A DNA stretch of 64,000 nt from Lophium mytilinum (GCA_010093605.1 MU004197.1:1364001-1428000), one strand, 5' to 3'; numbered from the stretch's first letter, positions 22,977-36,042 are shown. The notes: generated by a model not told the origin, from the sequence alone. Numbers and translations are program-made.

Positions 22977-23973
22977 GGTAGCTGCACTCTTCGTGTCGCC
23001 GAAAGCCTGGCTTAGAAACGACCGCTTGAGTGGCTGGTAATGGCCTTCTGTCTCGTTCAAGCTAGTGAGAGACATGCTTTGGGAAGAATGAAGAAAGTGG
23101 CTTGAAGTAGAGGTTGGTGACGAGGAAGAGACTCGATATCACACGAATCTTGACTTGATAGAAGTGCTAAGCAGCAAGGCGTTGATGAACCTTACAGCAA
23201 TTACCTTGGCCGCGGTGCTGAGAACACTTCAGCAGCGGCTCGGTGGTGGCGAAGTATTGTTGAGGTTGAGGTTGAGGCTGAGGAGTGTGTGAGTGAGTGT
23301 GGAAACTGATAATAAAGAAAGGAGCAGATATATGCCTCGTGGCTACGAGATTGCGTAGGGTCCCATCGAGGTAGCTGGATACGGAGTTGATGCCGCTGCT
23401 GGCCACTTCCAGGATTCACCATATGCGCCCCATCGGCAAAGACCGACTTACTGTGGCCCATGCCCAGTTGTTGCTATCTGCACACGTACTCTGTAGTGAA
23501 TGTTGAGAAATGCACATGTCTATGCAAGGACTTGATGAGTTATTTGTTGATGGGCAATACTATACCTCTTGTGCTCGTGCTAGCATCTATATGTAGCACT
23601 CTTCCGGCTTCGATGTCTTCGCCACACTCTAATCAATACCTGGAATCCCTCGAATGGCATGTACCACCTGAGTCTCCTTCTTAGGCTAATGATGGATTCC
23701 TGCACGTGGCGGCCTTTTGCACCTTCGCAGGACAAAGTTTTATATCCTGGGATAATGGTATGTAGCTTCCGTAAGACAACCTCGCAACAAAGAAATTGAG
23801 GAAACACTTATCCAACTCCCTTTATTGAGCACCAGGCCGTGACCACAGGTACCGGGTAACACCCAGCGGGTATGTACTCCTTGAAGTGACGTCGGCAGCC
23901 CGCATCAAGCATCAGCCGACGTTCCTCATAAGACTGCGCCGCGAGAACCACTCTCGTAACACCCCTCGACATT

Positions 23974-25137
23974 CTATCCCGTCGTCTCGTCCCTCATCTG
24001 CTTCAAAAACCCAATCACCGGCGCCCCACCCGTCCCCTTCACCTCCCCAACCCCCTCCTCTTTCCCATCTTTCTTCGCCGGCAAAACAACATACCGCGTA
24101 ACCACAATAATATGCCCATTCCTAAACACCTTCAACGCCTCAAGGCAACCCCGATACGCAGCAGCCAACCCGCCCTCCATTCCCCTTTCCTCCACAAACC
24201 GCCTCACATCCGCCACAGCACCAACATCCTCCAAAAACCTCCGATGCGCTCCAGGCATCAGCGCCCTCATCTCGCTAACAACACACGCCGCCTCCTCACC
24301 ATGCTGAATCCCAAGCACAACATCGCAAAGCTGGAACAGGGAGCTCTGCGCCGCGCTCCCGCCGCCATACCGCCCTACCCTCTCCTCTGTCCCCGTGGTA
24401 GCGCCAACGTCGTAGACTAACCCGTTGGGGAGACTCCGGCTACCTGCGAGGAAGGGGCGGATATCGCAATAGAAGCGGCGCGGGTTGAGCCGCTCGTGCA
24501 TGCGCTGCAGCAGCGGCGCCAGCTCCGTCAAAACATCTGTTACCGCTTGCAGATTCGTAGTCAAAGCTTCAACATCGGTGCGACGAACCGCTTCGATGGC
24601 GCTGAGAAGGTTGGGGATTATCGGCGCGCCGCGGGATTCGATCGCGACGGAGACCATGTAGAACCAGCTCTCGTCTTCTGTGGCTGTGAAGGTATGCAAC
24701 GCTTTTAGATTGGCTGGGTCGTTTAGCGGCTGGCCTTGAAGGGGACGGAAGTTCCAGAGGCATAGTGCCGCGTATGTGATGGTTGGGGGTATGTCGAGCT
24801 TGTCGCATACCTCTAGCAATGGGATTGAGAGGCTGGCGGGAAGCTTTTCGGCTGGGGGTTGCTCGCCCCAGATGTAGGCATGGGCGAGGAAGGTAAGAAG
24901 AGTGTAGGCGCGCTGGTACTCGGGTACTGTGTTCAGGTTGGTTGTAGAAAGAGTTGGCAGGGCATGGATGGAGGAGCGGATGATTTTCGAGGAGATGTGG
25001 CGGGGGAGGTTGGCGATGGTGGATTCCCACGGGGTGTAGTGAGGATCAGAGAGATGGGCTAGAGGCGGGTTTGGAGGAAGGAAGCCAGTGGTAGCGCTCA
25101 TGCCGTAGTCTTCCAGTTTGGGGATTTGGGGATGCAT
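23974..25137 (-). CDS. Indoleamine 2,3-dioxygenase family protein (intronless)
   Basis: Motifs TGFLP, LAHAYIWG, DESWFY, GGSAAQSSL, MPGAHRRFL, the proximal His segment NGHIIVVTRYV, and KGTGG..FLKQMRDET. Confidence 0.95.
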   Translation of the reverse strand: MHPQIPKLEDYGMSATTGFLPPNPPLAHLSDPHYTPWESTIANLPRHISSKIIRSSIHALPTLSTTNLNTVPEYQRAYTLLTFLAHAYIWGEQPPAEKLPASLSIPLLEVCDKLDIPPTITYAALCLWNFRPLQGQPLNDPANLKALHTFTATEDESWFYMVSVAIESRGAPIIPNLLSAIEAVRRTDVEALTTNLQAVTDVLTELAPLLQRMHERLNPRRFYCDIRPFLAGSRSLPNGLVYDVGATTGTEERVGRYGGGSAAQSSLFQLCDVVLGIQHGEEAACVVSEMRALMPGAHRRFLEDVGAVADVRRFVEERGMEGGLAAAYRGCLEALKVFRNGHIIVVTRYVVLPAKKDGKEEGVGEVKGTGGAPVIGFLKQMRDETTG

Positions 25138-25858
25138 GTTGGTAGTCGGCTTGACGATGCGATACGCGAAGGTTATCTCTAAAATTTCGAAGGCAGGGCA
25201 ACAAAGTTTTTCTGATTCAGAGGACTTTCTGATGACTTAAGTATTTATTTCCATGGATTAGACTTGAAGTTAGCGCTAAATTCGGCTCAAACATGAATGT
25301 AGTCCATAGGGCGTGACGTCTTGGCGAAACACGTAGTGGACCTTTATACGAAGTGGCGCGGCTGGACTTCGCAGTAAAGTCAACGCACTAGATGACGTCG
25401 ACAATGCTAAGCTAATTAGCCGTTTTGATTTGAGAAATGAGGCTGAGGGTTATACTAGGAAAATGCGATAGTCGGGCAAACACTACGCTTGTAGAAGACA
25501 GTCATACTCGGAAAAAACAACGCTGGTTGGTGATTCGCATGATGGGTGGGATGCGTGGGCAGAGGTGTACTGGTTTGAAACCGCTTGAGTGCGGCATCGA
25601 GCTTAGCAGTCGGGCAAGAGGAGAAGGGACGAAAAAGAAATTAACCCGCCATGCTAAAACATGCTCGGAGCGGCAGTACGCATCCTTTAAGCGGTAAAGT
25701 AGAAAACTATGATAGATTGAATAGCCTGGCCAAGACGTACCTGTACCAAAGAGCGTCATTCCTATACGCCGCCGCTAAGTCGCCGCCCATCAAACCGTTC
25801 CGATTTTCCATCATATCCTTAGTAATACATAAGTTTTCCATTCCATTCCTAGCCCAGT

Positions 25859-28800
25859 TCAGTACGGTCGATCCCGTCCACCCTCCTTCTCTTGTTTATC
25901 CGGCACCAAAGTCTCCGAGCTCTCTCCTGCGCCATCGAGATCTCTCGCAATCGGTTTCCTCAAACTCTCCCCTTTGGCGACGACTCGCTTGATCAGCGCG
26001 ACTAGTTCGTCGACTTTGAATGGTTTGGAAATGACTTCGTCCATCCCCGAACCTAGCATCTCCGACCTTTGTTCCTCGCGGACATTGGCAGATACCCCGA
26101 CGATCGGACCCCAGCCTACCTCTTCCGCTTCCATGAGCTCGCGGATCACGAGTGTGGCGGAGTTGCCATCCATGACGGGCATTTCTTGGTCCATCAAGAT
26201 ACAAGAGAAAGAAGGAAGCTTGGTGGACGTGAGGTAATCATGAGCGGGCGGAGAAGGTGACGGTGTAGGTAGAGCTTGAGCCAAGGAATGGTGAGAGCTA
26301 ACAGCATGTGGAGCTGAGGATTTAGCAAGGGCTTTAACAGCATCAATAGCCTCCTGGCCATTGTTTGCCGTTGTAACCACGAAGCCTTTAGACTGTAGCT
26401 GGCGCTTGAGGACCTTTTGGTTGATGAGGTTGTCCTCGGCAAGGAGGAGGGTGGGTTTCGGCTCTGCCTCTTTTTCTGGGAGCTGGGTTGATGCATCTAT
26501 GCCATCGGCGACGCCATTAGCTTTCACACTGCTCATTTGCTTTGCCGTAGCGGGCTCTTCTTTCTCCTCCCTCTTCTGTTGTCGTTTGCTCTGCCCAGTC
26601 TTCCGATCTATCCCTCCAGGCAGCTTCTGCCTTCGACGTTCCGGGTCATCCTCGATCTTTTTGTCGACTATTCTTGACACCTTTGCTGTTTCCTCGTGAC
26701 GATCACTGCTATATTCGCCTGGGTGGGCCTCAGGCCTGTATTCGACAGGCGGTTCATTTAGAGTCTTCGGTATCTCTTCCCCCGTAACTCCAGGCTGCGA
26801 GCTTATGCTGACAATCTTAGGCCTTTGACTCCCTGCGCTGGCTGGGCTGAGACTACTCCCCGCGCTGCTTGGGCTTAAACTTTCGTTTGATTCATCAACC
26901 TCCCAGGGCTTAGGTCCCCTCTCCATGACCGTATCGATGCTCATGGTGGAGATGTTTCTATTGTAGGCTGGTCTGTTGCTGAAGGCAGATGGGCTGACGG
27001 CGGATTTACTTCTGCTGTATGACGGACGGGGAGAAAGCTGTGATGGGCGTGGAGAGACTTGTGGGATAGTGCTGCTGGAGGCCGTTCGGGACGACCTAAC
27101 GGAAACGCCGCGGGAGAGAGGAGGGCGACCGGACTCAGAGGACCCGTCTGAGCGGCGGACTTTGAAGAAAAACCCAAACGTGCTGCCTTCGCCTTCTTTG
27201 CTGCTGACGCCAATGTCACCGCCGTGGAGCTGGCAGACTAGGAAGTTTCAGCCAAGAGCTTAGTTAGAAAGAGCCAAGAGATCTAACTTACGTTTCCGAG
27301 AGATGAACAAGCCTAGTCCAGAGCCGCCATACTTCTCCTGCGTCTTTGGTGTGGCCTGCCTGAACCGCTCGAATAGTTTAACCTGGTTTTCTAAGTTGAT
27401 GCCAATCCCAGTATCCTTGATTGCAACCATAAGGTAAAGTGACTGTCCGCTTCCCCAATCGCTACTCATCGTGGAGTCCATATGAAATGCGTCCGTTTCC
27501 GAGTCGAAGAATACTACATTCGGCGGATAACTTGTCGGGCGTTCCAAACTAGCGCCCATTGCCACTGTGATCTTCCTCTCACCATGCTTTTTGGCCGTGA
27601 ATTTGATCGCGTTGGTGACCAGATTCACAAGCACTTGTTTAATGCGATTGATGTCGGCAACTACATAGTCGATTTCTTGATTCTGGTAGGACACGTCCAT
27701 GGCGTACTCAAATTCGATCTTCTTCGCCTTGAACTCGGAGCTAAAGACTTTGAGCGATTTAGACAAATCCCATTTTGGCTGAACAACACGAGGAATTAGG
27801 GAGAGCATCATTGAGTCGAGTTTGGAGAATGATAAAATGTCGTCGACGAGCACGGATTGGTGTGAGACACATAGGAGTATAGTGTCGGCTGCGTCTTTGA
27901 TATCTTCGAGCTGTTGCTCTTGCCCTTTGACTACCTTTGAGATCTCGGTAGACACATCCTTGATTTCTTCTGCTAAATGAAGAACAGCGCTGAGCGGGTT
28001 CCGGATCTGCCATGCATCAGTCTGCAAGTGCTCTTCGACTACGATTAAATGGACATACCTCGTGAGATACCATATCAATAAATCCTACAAGTGATTTTAG
28101 TTGTCGTTTCGATATTCTAACTATGACGGCTGGACACTTACTCTCTTGCTGTTCCTTCCTCTCCTGCGCATTATTCGCGACCTTCTCCTGTGCAATCTCG
28201 GCGCACTTAATCTCTGTAATGTCCACGAGTGCACAGATAAACCCGGCTTCGGCTTCGTCGCTCAACGGCCTCAGTAGAAATAACCTCCACTGCTCACTAT
28301 CATCCTGAGACAGACATCTGAATTCCACCCGTAACTCATCCCGGGCTGAGAAGGCTCTCCGATATGCAGTCATGACACGTTCGTAGTCCCTGGGATCGAT
28401 GCTCTCTGGCCAAGCGCGAAAATCTTTGCTCGTCTTATTTGTTGTCAGCTTGAAAAAGCCGTCATTAACGAACACCGCTTCGGCTTCTGAGTCCAGAATG
28501 GCGAGGCCGTTGGGCAGCAGCTCCGCAAAACGCCGGAAGAGCTGTGTCTGCTTCTCATCGACTTGGTGGTCCTCTTTTCGCGTTTGTTGGCTCCCTGAGC
28601 CCTTTGTCCGCGTAGCATCGTGTTGCTGCATCGAAAGTCCAGCCCAAGATATAGAGCGCTCGACGGTCGAATTCTGTAGTAGCTGAGCGAGCACGCCGGT
28701 GCGATGACCGTTAGCTTCGAGGAGGGTACTCATGATAATTGTAGAGTCGGGTTCGTAGTCTGGGGTATTTGGTAGGAAGAACCTGCTCGCTATTCCGAAT

Positions 28801-29249
28801 TCTGCGTTAGTTCTTCAACTGGCCGCAGTAGAGGAGCTCGCGGTGTGCTTACCGACCTTGACCGTATGGCCCCGTACGCTCGTCTTGATGCACCCCAATG
28901 CCTCCCCTTCAAAGCCATCGTGTGCCCTTATGCCCTGTCCATCTAGATTACCCGTCGCCTTTCCCCAGGCTAGATTGTGTACGAGGGCGAGGTTGTCGCC
29001 CCAGAAGACGCATGCGGGATGCGGAAAAGTGGTAATGAGGTTGACATAGCAAGTGAGAGTCTGAGACCAGTCTTCACGAAGGCCGAGTGGGGTTTGGGAC
29101 CTGCAGCGCACGAATCAGTATGTCTTACTTCTGCAACGAGGACAAAGAATTCAAAGTGGTGTTGGCTACCAATCGGTCTGGTCGAGGTACTCGGAATTGA
29201 GGTCGTAGAGCGAGCAGCCCGCGACCGTAAGCCGGTCCAGATTCTCCAT
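25859..29249 (-). CDS. Hybrid sensor histidine kinase (PAS-like, HisKA, HATPase, receiver), multi-exon
   Basis: N-terminal DW|SQTPLG, H-box VSHE|IRNPL, N-box NLVTNAIKFT, DTGIGI, GGSGLGL, and receiver AEDNLIN..LMDQEMPVMDG..SKPF. Confidence 0.93.
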
Positions 29250-30115
29250 GAATTATATCTTCTGCTCGGGTGCTGCATTCATGGCGTTTGGAGGATGTTT
29301 GTGTGGGCGGCGCAGGTCGTTGCACCCTTCGTTGGCGAAGGTGCGATGAGCGCATCGAAGCGCTACGTCACTGGACCCTGGATTCTCAAAGTCTTGGCGC
29401 GGAAGTCCCAAAGTGGGCTGATTCCGGCCCCTCTCCCGCCTCCGACGTACGAAACGATTAGTAGGCTACAAAGGTATGAGAGGTGAGGCTATTGTACTCA
29501 GGGCTCATCAAACAGAATGGCAGGCTGTTCTAACAGTTTGTAAGGCGGCCCGAAAAGCTATCAGGCTTTCCAAAACCGGTGTCTTCATAACAAGTCAAAG
29601 TCCTCCAACAGGCTCCACAAAGGTATACCAGCACAGAGAGACCGTGTATCTCAGAGAACTCAGCTTCGAAATCAGAACCGTAGAGTCGTGGACTGCCACT
29701 TTTGGTGGAAGGAAGCCCAAAACCCGGCATGGTGAATCAAAAAGAAAACCCAAATGCAAAGATTTTGACCTGAAGCATGCATGTAGAGAGTGGCGAGATA
29801 CGCAAGGAGGTGACGGTGGCTGGTGATGAGTATCTCACGACTTTCGAGCAGTGCTATAGCCTCCTTTCACCACAGTCACGTGCCATCGAGGACTGATGTA
29901 TGAGCGCACAAAAGTACTCTTGACTGCTACCCTCTAACTTACTCCAACAGCTTATCAAGACTCAGAAAACACTCAAATCAAGGCAGCGCAATCAGACCTG
30001 AGGGTTTCAACATGCTAAATGGCTTCGTACTTAGCACGCTCACGTGACATCCGCTATATCTCCATCTTCCCCCACTTTCGACAATCATTCCTTCAACACC
30101 GCAAACATCTATACC

Positions 30116-31496
30116 ATGTCTGGAAAATTTGCAGGAAAGGTCGTTCTCATCACAGGAGCTGGAAGCGGCATTGGGTAAAACATCAATCCCACCATCCTAC
30201 TTGAACGCGATGCTAACGAATCCTCTCAGCCGGGCAACCGCCATCTTGCTCTCAAAACACGGTGCAACCCTAGAATTGACCGATATTAATGAAGCTGGCC
30301 TCAAGGAAACTGCCACTTTACTCTCCCAATCCCAAGACTTCGCGCTCAAACCCCTCGATATCGGCTCCTCGGAAGCTGTCACTGCGTGGATTAAAGATCT
30401 CGCTTCCAAGCACCCGAATGGGATCAACCACATTTTCAACTGCGCAGGCGTCAATCCAACTTCAATCCCTACGGAAGAGCTCACAGATGCCTACTACGAC
30501 AAGCTCATGAACGCGAATCTTCGCGGCCTCTTCAATGTCACGAGGGCTGTGATACCCCACCGTAAGTTAGGACAATTTTCGTTGAGCAAATTCTAGTCCA
30601 GTGCCATGCGGTCAGCCCTTTTACACTGTCAAATCACTATCGGGGATTCTTCGATGCTTTCTCAGAGAACTGAAAACGTTGGCCGTTTTCGTCAGCCCCA
30701 TCTCGTGCCCAGATAGCTCATCTCAAGGCCCTGTACTCTCACACATATATCCGAAGAGGCATTTTGCGGTTCCAGAATGGTTTAAGCGCGTCTAAACGAT
30801 CCTTTATCATACAACTACAAGCCATAAGTCTGGGCACACTCCTCCGCCACTGCTAGAGGTATCTCTAGAGTACATCAAAGACTCAAGAGCGATGTCGAGT
30901 TTCAAGCAGGTGTAGACTAGAAACCCTCTTGACCAAATGTCTACTCAACAGCCACTCCACCCCCAGCAGTGGCGCTGAGTGAGCAACATTTGAGCAACAC
31001 TAGCGTCAAGCGCTGTAAGACTAGTGTGCCCAGATCCGTAGTCTAGTACCATACACCCACATCCCCAACCCTTCTCCATCCACTTCACACAGCACCGCAA
31101 CCCCTCAACCCCTCAACCCCCACTAATACATCCCCAGTCTCCCCCAGCGCCTCCTTCGTCAACGTCTCCTCCATCTCCGGCCTCCGCCCCACCGCCACGC
31201 ACGCCATCTACTGCGCCACCAAATACGGCATCATCGGCTTCTCCAAATCCATGGCACTCGAACTCGGTCCACGCGGCATCCGCACCAACATCATCGCCCC
31301 CGGCTACATTGACACACCTACGAACGCCGGGGTCGTGAAAGGCGGCGAGTTCATCACGAAGATGGAGAACGGGAACGCGTTGGGAAGGATGGGCACGCCG
31401 GAGGAGATCGCGGAGGTGGTCATGTTTCTTTTTAGTGAGGAGAGTCGGTATATGAATGGGAGTGTGGTGGAGATTGATGGGGGGTTGAAGGGGTAG
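30116..31496 (+). CDS. Short-chain dehydrogenase/reductase (3 exons, long second intron)
   Basis: Motifs TGAGSGIG, NCAG, NVSS, YCATK, APGYIDTP and IDGG. Intron at 30562-31137. Confidence 0.92.
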
Positions 31497-31599
31497 GGGG
31501 GTTTGGGCTTGGGATGGTGAGGCAGGGGGGCGGGGGAGGGGGGGAGGGGATATTTACCGTATGCGAGGAAATCCACTAGAAATTTTCTGATGTAGGCTG

Positions 31600-32200
31600 T
31601 GAAGGTGTTAGGTCTATCACTAAGCTTCCACAGAACTAGGAGCTAAAACCGGGTCTGTTAACCTTAGGGGACGCTAATAGCACACTCCCCCTACTTACTC
31701 TACGTACACGCCTCTTTCACTTAAGTACAACCGACCTCCCGTCTAATCTCATAACTCACTAGAGTGTCCGATTAAGCTCCTCCGAACCTCTTCTCGAGCG
31801 CATAGGTGAGCGAGTGCTATCAGCAATGCTGGCGGCGATGCTGGCGGGCTAAGTTGATGGAAAAGACCCGCCTCTATAAGGTAAGAATTAGATAGTTTTA
31901 GCACCGTCCTAGATAGTTGGGCGTGGCAGGTAGCAATGTAACAATGTAGAGAGGCTCCGCGTACGGCTTAAAGTACTGCTGTATAGACGGCCTTACGTAC
32001 GGCCTCTCTTATAGTTATAAATATAGCTAGATAAGATGGAGGGGTTGCAAAAGCGGATAGATGTAGAGGGAAATGCCCTAAGGACCCATCTAAGCTAATG
32101 AGAAGGTGGTAAAGTGATAAGAGATAAAGACGTGTGTATGTAGAGTGAGAGAGGGTTATTCTAGAGGTGATAGAAACCTATCTAGTATATTCAATAGTAC
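31600..32200. mobile_element. Probable RIP-mutated repeat or transposon relic
   Basis: TpA-rich and without ORFs. Segments resemble 57300-57560 (TATAAGGTA..TTTTAGCA, AGGTAGCAAT, ACGGCCT.ACGTAC). Confidence 0.45.
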
Positions 32201-32631
32201 CAATCTAGTTAGTAGAAGGACGAAGAGGAAGAAGTAAAAGCAAGAAAGAGCCTCCTGCAAACCAGGGTATATATCTGCATTTATTTACTTCATCGTCAGA
32301 AATGAACCACTCAACACCCTGCACCTTGTCAGTATTGGCGCGATGCGGGGAGGGGAATGAATCACCAAGTGACGGCCTCGCCAGAACTAAGTCTACCTCG
32401 TCAGTTCGAGGGTTCATTCTTGCAGTTTGAAACTTGAGTTCGAGCCGCGGGGCAGCATTTTTTTTGAAATTGCTAGTATATGCATATTCACCTCATAAGG
32501 TGGTATTGACAAGAAGAAAGGAAATAGGGATCATGGGATTCATAAAAGATAATCCTGTCAATCAGTACGTAGAATATATTCAAACACAATCCTACAACAC
32601 CCCAACCATCTTCCTCCCCGCACTCACCCCC

Positions 32632-34364
32632 CTATATCACATACCTAAACCGCTTATTCTCCCTATCCGTCAAATCCCTAAACTCCACATTCCCCACCCC
32701 CTTCTCCTCCACCACCTCCTCTCCCACCAACCTCTCCCGCCGCCTATTCTCCCACAAATTCAGCGCCAAAAACGCCACCAGAACCAGGATACTCACCACC
32801 CACAGCACAATCAGCGAAATCTTGGCATGCGCATAAAACGGCGGATCGCGGAACGTCTGAGGGCCAATAAAATACGCGGCGCCAAGCGTCACGAAGACGA
32901 CCGAGTTCAGCGTCGTCTTCTTCGTCGTGCCGAGCACGTTGGAGCTGATCATGGAGATGACCATGTACCAGGCTGTGCTGCCGGAGCCGGACATGAAGAA
33001 GTAGGCGACGAGTTGGCCGTACTGGGTGTTGTTGTTAGTAGACGATAAGCAAAGCCAGGAGAAAAATAGATTATAGGGCTGTTCAAGGGAACAGAGAAGT
33101 GGGAGGAACCTGTGTATTTACCTTTGCGTAAAAATGGCCATGGTTTCCGAGGCCAACGTACAGCGCTGCCCAGAACAGGCTGAATATCGCGGCGCCGATG
33201 GCGGCGCCGGAGCGGTGCTTTGTCCACTGGGAGAGCACGCCGAAGCCGGCGTTACAGAGGATGGAGATGAAGCCCTGGGGGATGTTGAGGAGGAGCGTTT
33301 CTTTGGTGGAGAAGCCGAGGCTTTTGATGAGGATGGATTGGAGGAGAACGAGGCCGCCGCTGGGGATGGTGTTGGAGAGGACGAAGATGACATACAACCA
33401 GGTCTGCAATGGTGGCGTTAGTAGGAGAGGTTTGAATAGAATAGAGAGGGGAAAGTGGTACCCGGACGTCCGTGAGCGCTTCGACGGCCTGGTAGCGTTT
33501 GTATTGCTGCGATCCGCCGCCCTGATGATTTTCACGGAGTCTCTCGACGGCGAGCGTTCGTTCTTCTTCTGTAAAGAACTTGGCCTGGACGACAGATGGG
33601 GCCATCCACCGCCACATCCCTGCCCCGTACACGATAGATATCAGACCCGTCACTAGCGCTAGGATCTTTCAGCTCGAGTACTGGCCCGGGTTCTTTTGCT
33701 GCCCAGTAACACAGCCAAAGGCAATCAGTCCGCCAATCATTGTTGCAATCCCCGTGCAGGCCGACCATACACCCACCCTCGACCCGTGCTCGTGTTTTTT
33801 ATACCACGCCGCCGTGATAAGCGCGAAGCCGCAATTGATACTCGCCTCCAGCGCACCGAGAAAGGTGCGCTGGATCATGAGCCCAGTCCAGTTATGGCAG
33901 GCAGTCATACAGCACAATACGACCCCCCACGTGACCACGCAGCCGGCGATCCATTTCGAGGGCGGGAATTGCTGAAAGGCGCGGTTGTGGATGGGCGCCG
34001 CCACGATGTAGCCAGCGTAGTAGATAGAGCCGAGCCAGGTGTATTCGGAGGAGGTCATGTTGGTTTCTTTCTGGATGCCCATGACGCCGGCGTAGGAGAG
34101 GACGCCCTTGTCTAGGTACTGTAGAACGTACAATCCACATAGCCACGGCAGCACGTTCATGTCAATCTTTCGACATAGCCTTTTGTTTGTTTCTTCGTCG
34201 ATGATGGTAGAGTTTGTGTTCGCGTATGCGAGGTACTTGTCTCCGTTTAGTTCTTCTACTGCGTGCGCGGTGGTATCGGCTTTGCGTTTTTCGATCCTAT
34301 CATCATCGAAGATGGTGGTTGGTGATTTCGGGTTCACGATGGTAGGCTCGGCCTGCTTCTCCAT
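32632..34364 (-). pseudogene. MFS transporter, allantoate permease (Dal5)-like, with an in-frame TGA
   Basis: Family motifs RKIDMNVLP, LQYLDKG, WLGSIYY, RTFLGALEA, AVERLREN and GPQTF. The TGA at 33669-33671 lies in the same frame as both flanking ORFs. Confidence 0.7.
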
Positions 34365-34828
34365 GGCGGCCGACGATCGACGAAAATAACACACTTGAGG
34401 AGGTCTGGAACGAATGGGATGGTAGGTTCAGAAGCCATGGTCAGGCCGTTATGTATGGCCATTCTAAAGGTGGGATGTCATTGCAATGATGGAATTTGAT
34501 GCTCAACGCTCAACTGCCGAACCAGTAGGACTTTTCGGCGAACGGAAAGATGCCGATGGGAGCGTATAGGGTAGGACACATGTATCCGAAGTTTTCAGTG
34601 TTATATGTAAGCCTTTGGTTGCTCGAAATGCGGGGGGAGTCATGGTCATGATAAGCAATGCCTGTAGCTTGTGTCGATAACTTCCGGATGAGGCAAAAGT
34701 GGACGGTTAGCTATTCTGTCGACTTTAGTCCCACTATTTGCGCAACGGTCTTTAGGCGCAGACGGTTATACCCTGGCATCGGTAATGGGTCATTTGTTGC
34801 TAAAGCATATTTCGTCGCGCTGGGACGT

Positions 34829-36042
34829 CTACGCAGTAATTGCCTGCGCGGTCGGCATATCCTGCACTAAAGGCGCCGGTTTCCCATTATTCGAAGGATG
34901 CTGCCACCTGGCCGCCTTCAATCTCTCCATGAAATAGTCGCCAGCATTGATATCTTCATAGATCTGGCCCTTGTCGCGGCAGTTAGGCACGACTGACAGC
35001 ATTGCCTCGCGGTTCGGGGAAAAGAAAAACGGCATCGAGTACCGCTCCTCTCCACTCTTGTTCAGCACCCTATGCACGGTTGACTTGAACTTGTTGTTCG
35101 TGATTCGACTCAGAAAGTCGCCAACATTGACAACGTAAGTTCGTGGTTGCGGAGGCGCATCGATCCAAATACCGTTGGCATTCAGCACTTGCAGCGCTGC
35201 GACGTTCTCTTGCTGCACGAGTGTGAAGAAGTCGTAGTCTGTATGTGCACCTAGGCCGATATCGTCTGCGTTCGGCTTTTCTTGTGGTGGGTAGTGCAGC
35301 GCTCTGATTCCGAGCATTAGGAAGGATATGGCCGCATCGAAGAAGTTCTCTGGAAGATCCAAAGCTAGAGCGAAGATCCGCATCAAAGCCTGAGAGAATG
35401 CCTTTACGCGGTTGAAGTAATCGTACATTGCTGGGCGGAATCCCGGGTATGCACTAGGCCAAGCGTTGGCACGCTTTGGAGCATCCGGACCTGGTTTGAA
35501 CGGCGCATTTTGCTCCGGCTCGTGGGGATCGTCGCCAAAAGAGAAGGCTTCTTTCATGTCTGAAAACCGTTAATATTTAGGGCTTATATGCTGGCACTAA
35601 GGCGCCAATACCTCCTTTGCCGGCCCCTTCCATCTTCGTTTCGTATAAAGGCTCATAGCCTCTTATCGACGGGTTTTTATGGATGTGGATTTCCATCTTG
35701 TCTTCATGGGACATGGCAAAGAAGTTCTTTACCACTTCGAACGTGTTTCCCACGACTTCTTCAGGCACGTTGTGGTTCTTAGCGTAGAAGAACCCAACTT
35801 CACGACATGCTTTGCCAACCTCTGCTGCAACTTTCTTGCGATTCTCTATGTCCTTTGAGAACATTCCCGAAACGTCAACGACAGGAATGGACGAGAATGT
35901 TTCCTTTGCGGCGGCGCCTAGAAGGACTGGACGAGCGCCCCGCTTGCCTCCGGCATGGTAGTACACGTACTGAAGCAGTCAGCATGACTTCGTGATAGGT
36001 GATTGGAGAGGAGTAAGAGACCTCTGGCTCTTTGATAGTCAT
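34829..36042 (-). CDS. 2-oxoglutarate/Fe(II)-dependent oxygenase (IPNS/DIOX family)
   Basis: DIOX_N segment IPVVDVS..ACREVGFFY, HxD (AHTDY), distal His (STVHRV) and RYS. The first small exon is less certain. Confidence 0.92.

Noticed and set aside
23100..23470. Coding-like fragments upstream of the P450
   Set aside because: Short, interrupted and not assignable to a family.
32320..32466. Possible tRNA or Pol III RNA (GTTCGAG twice, then a T-run)
   Set aside because: I could not form an acceptor stem or T-stem, or match a known snRNA. A tRNAscan or Rfam scan would settle it.
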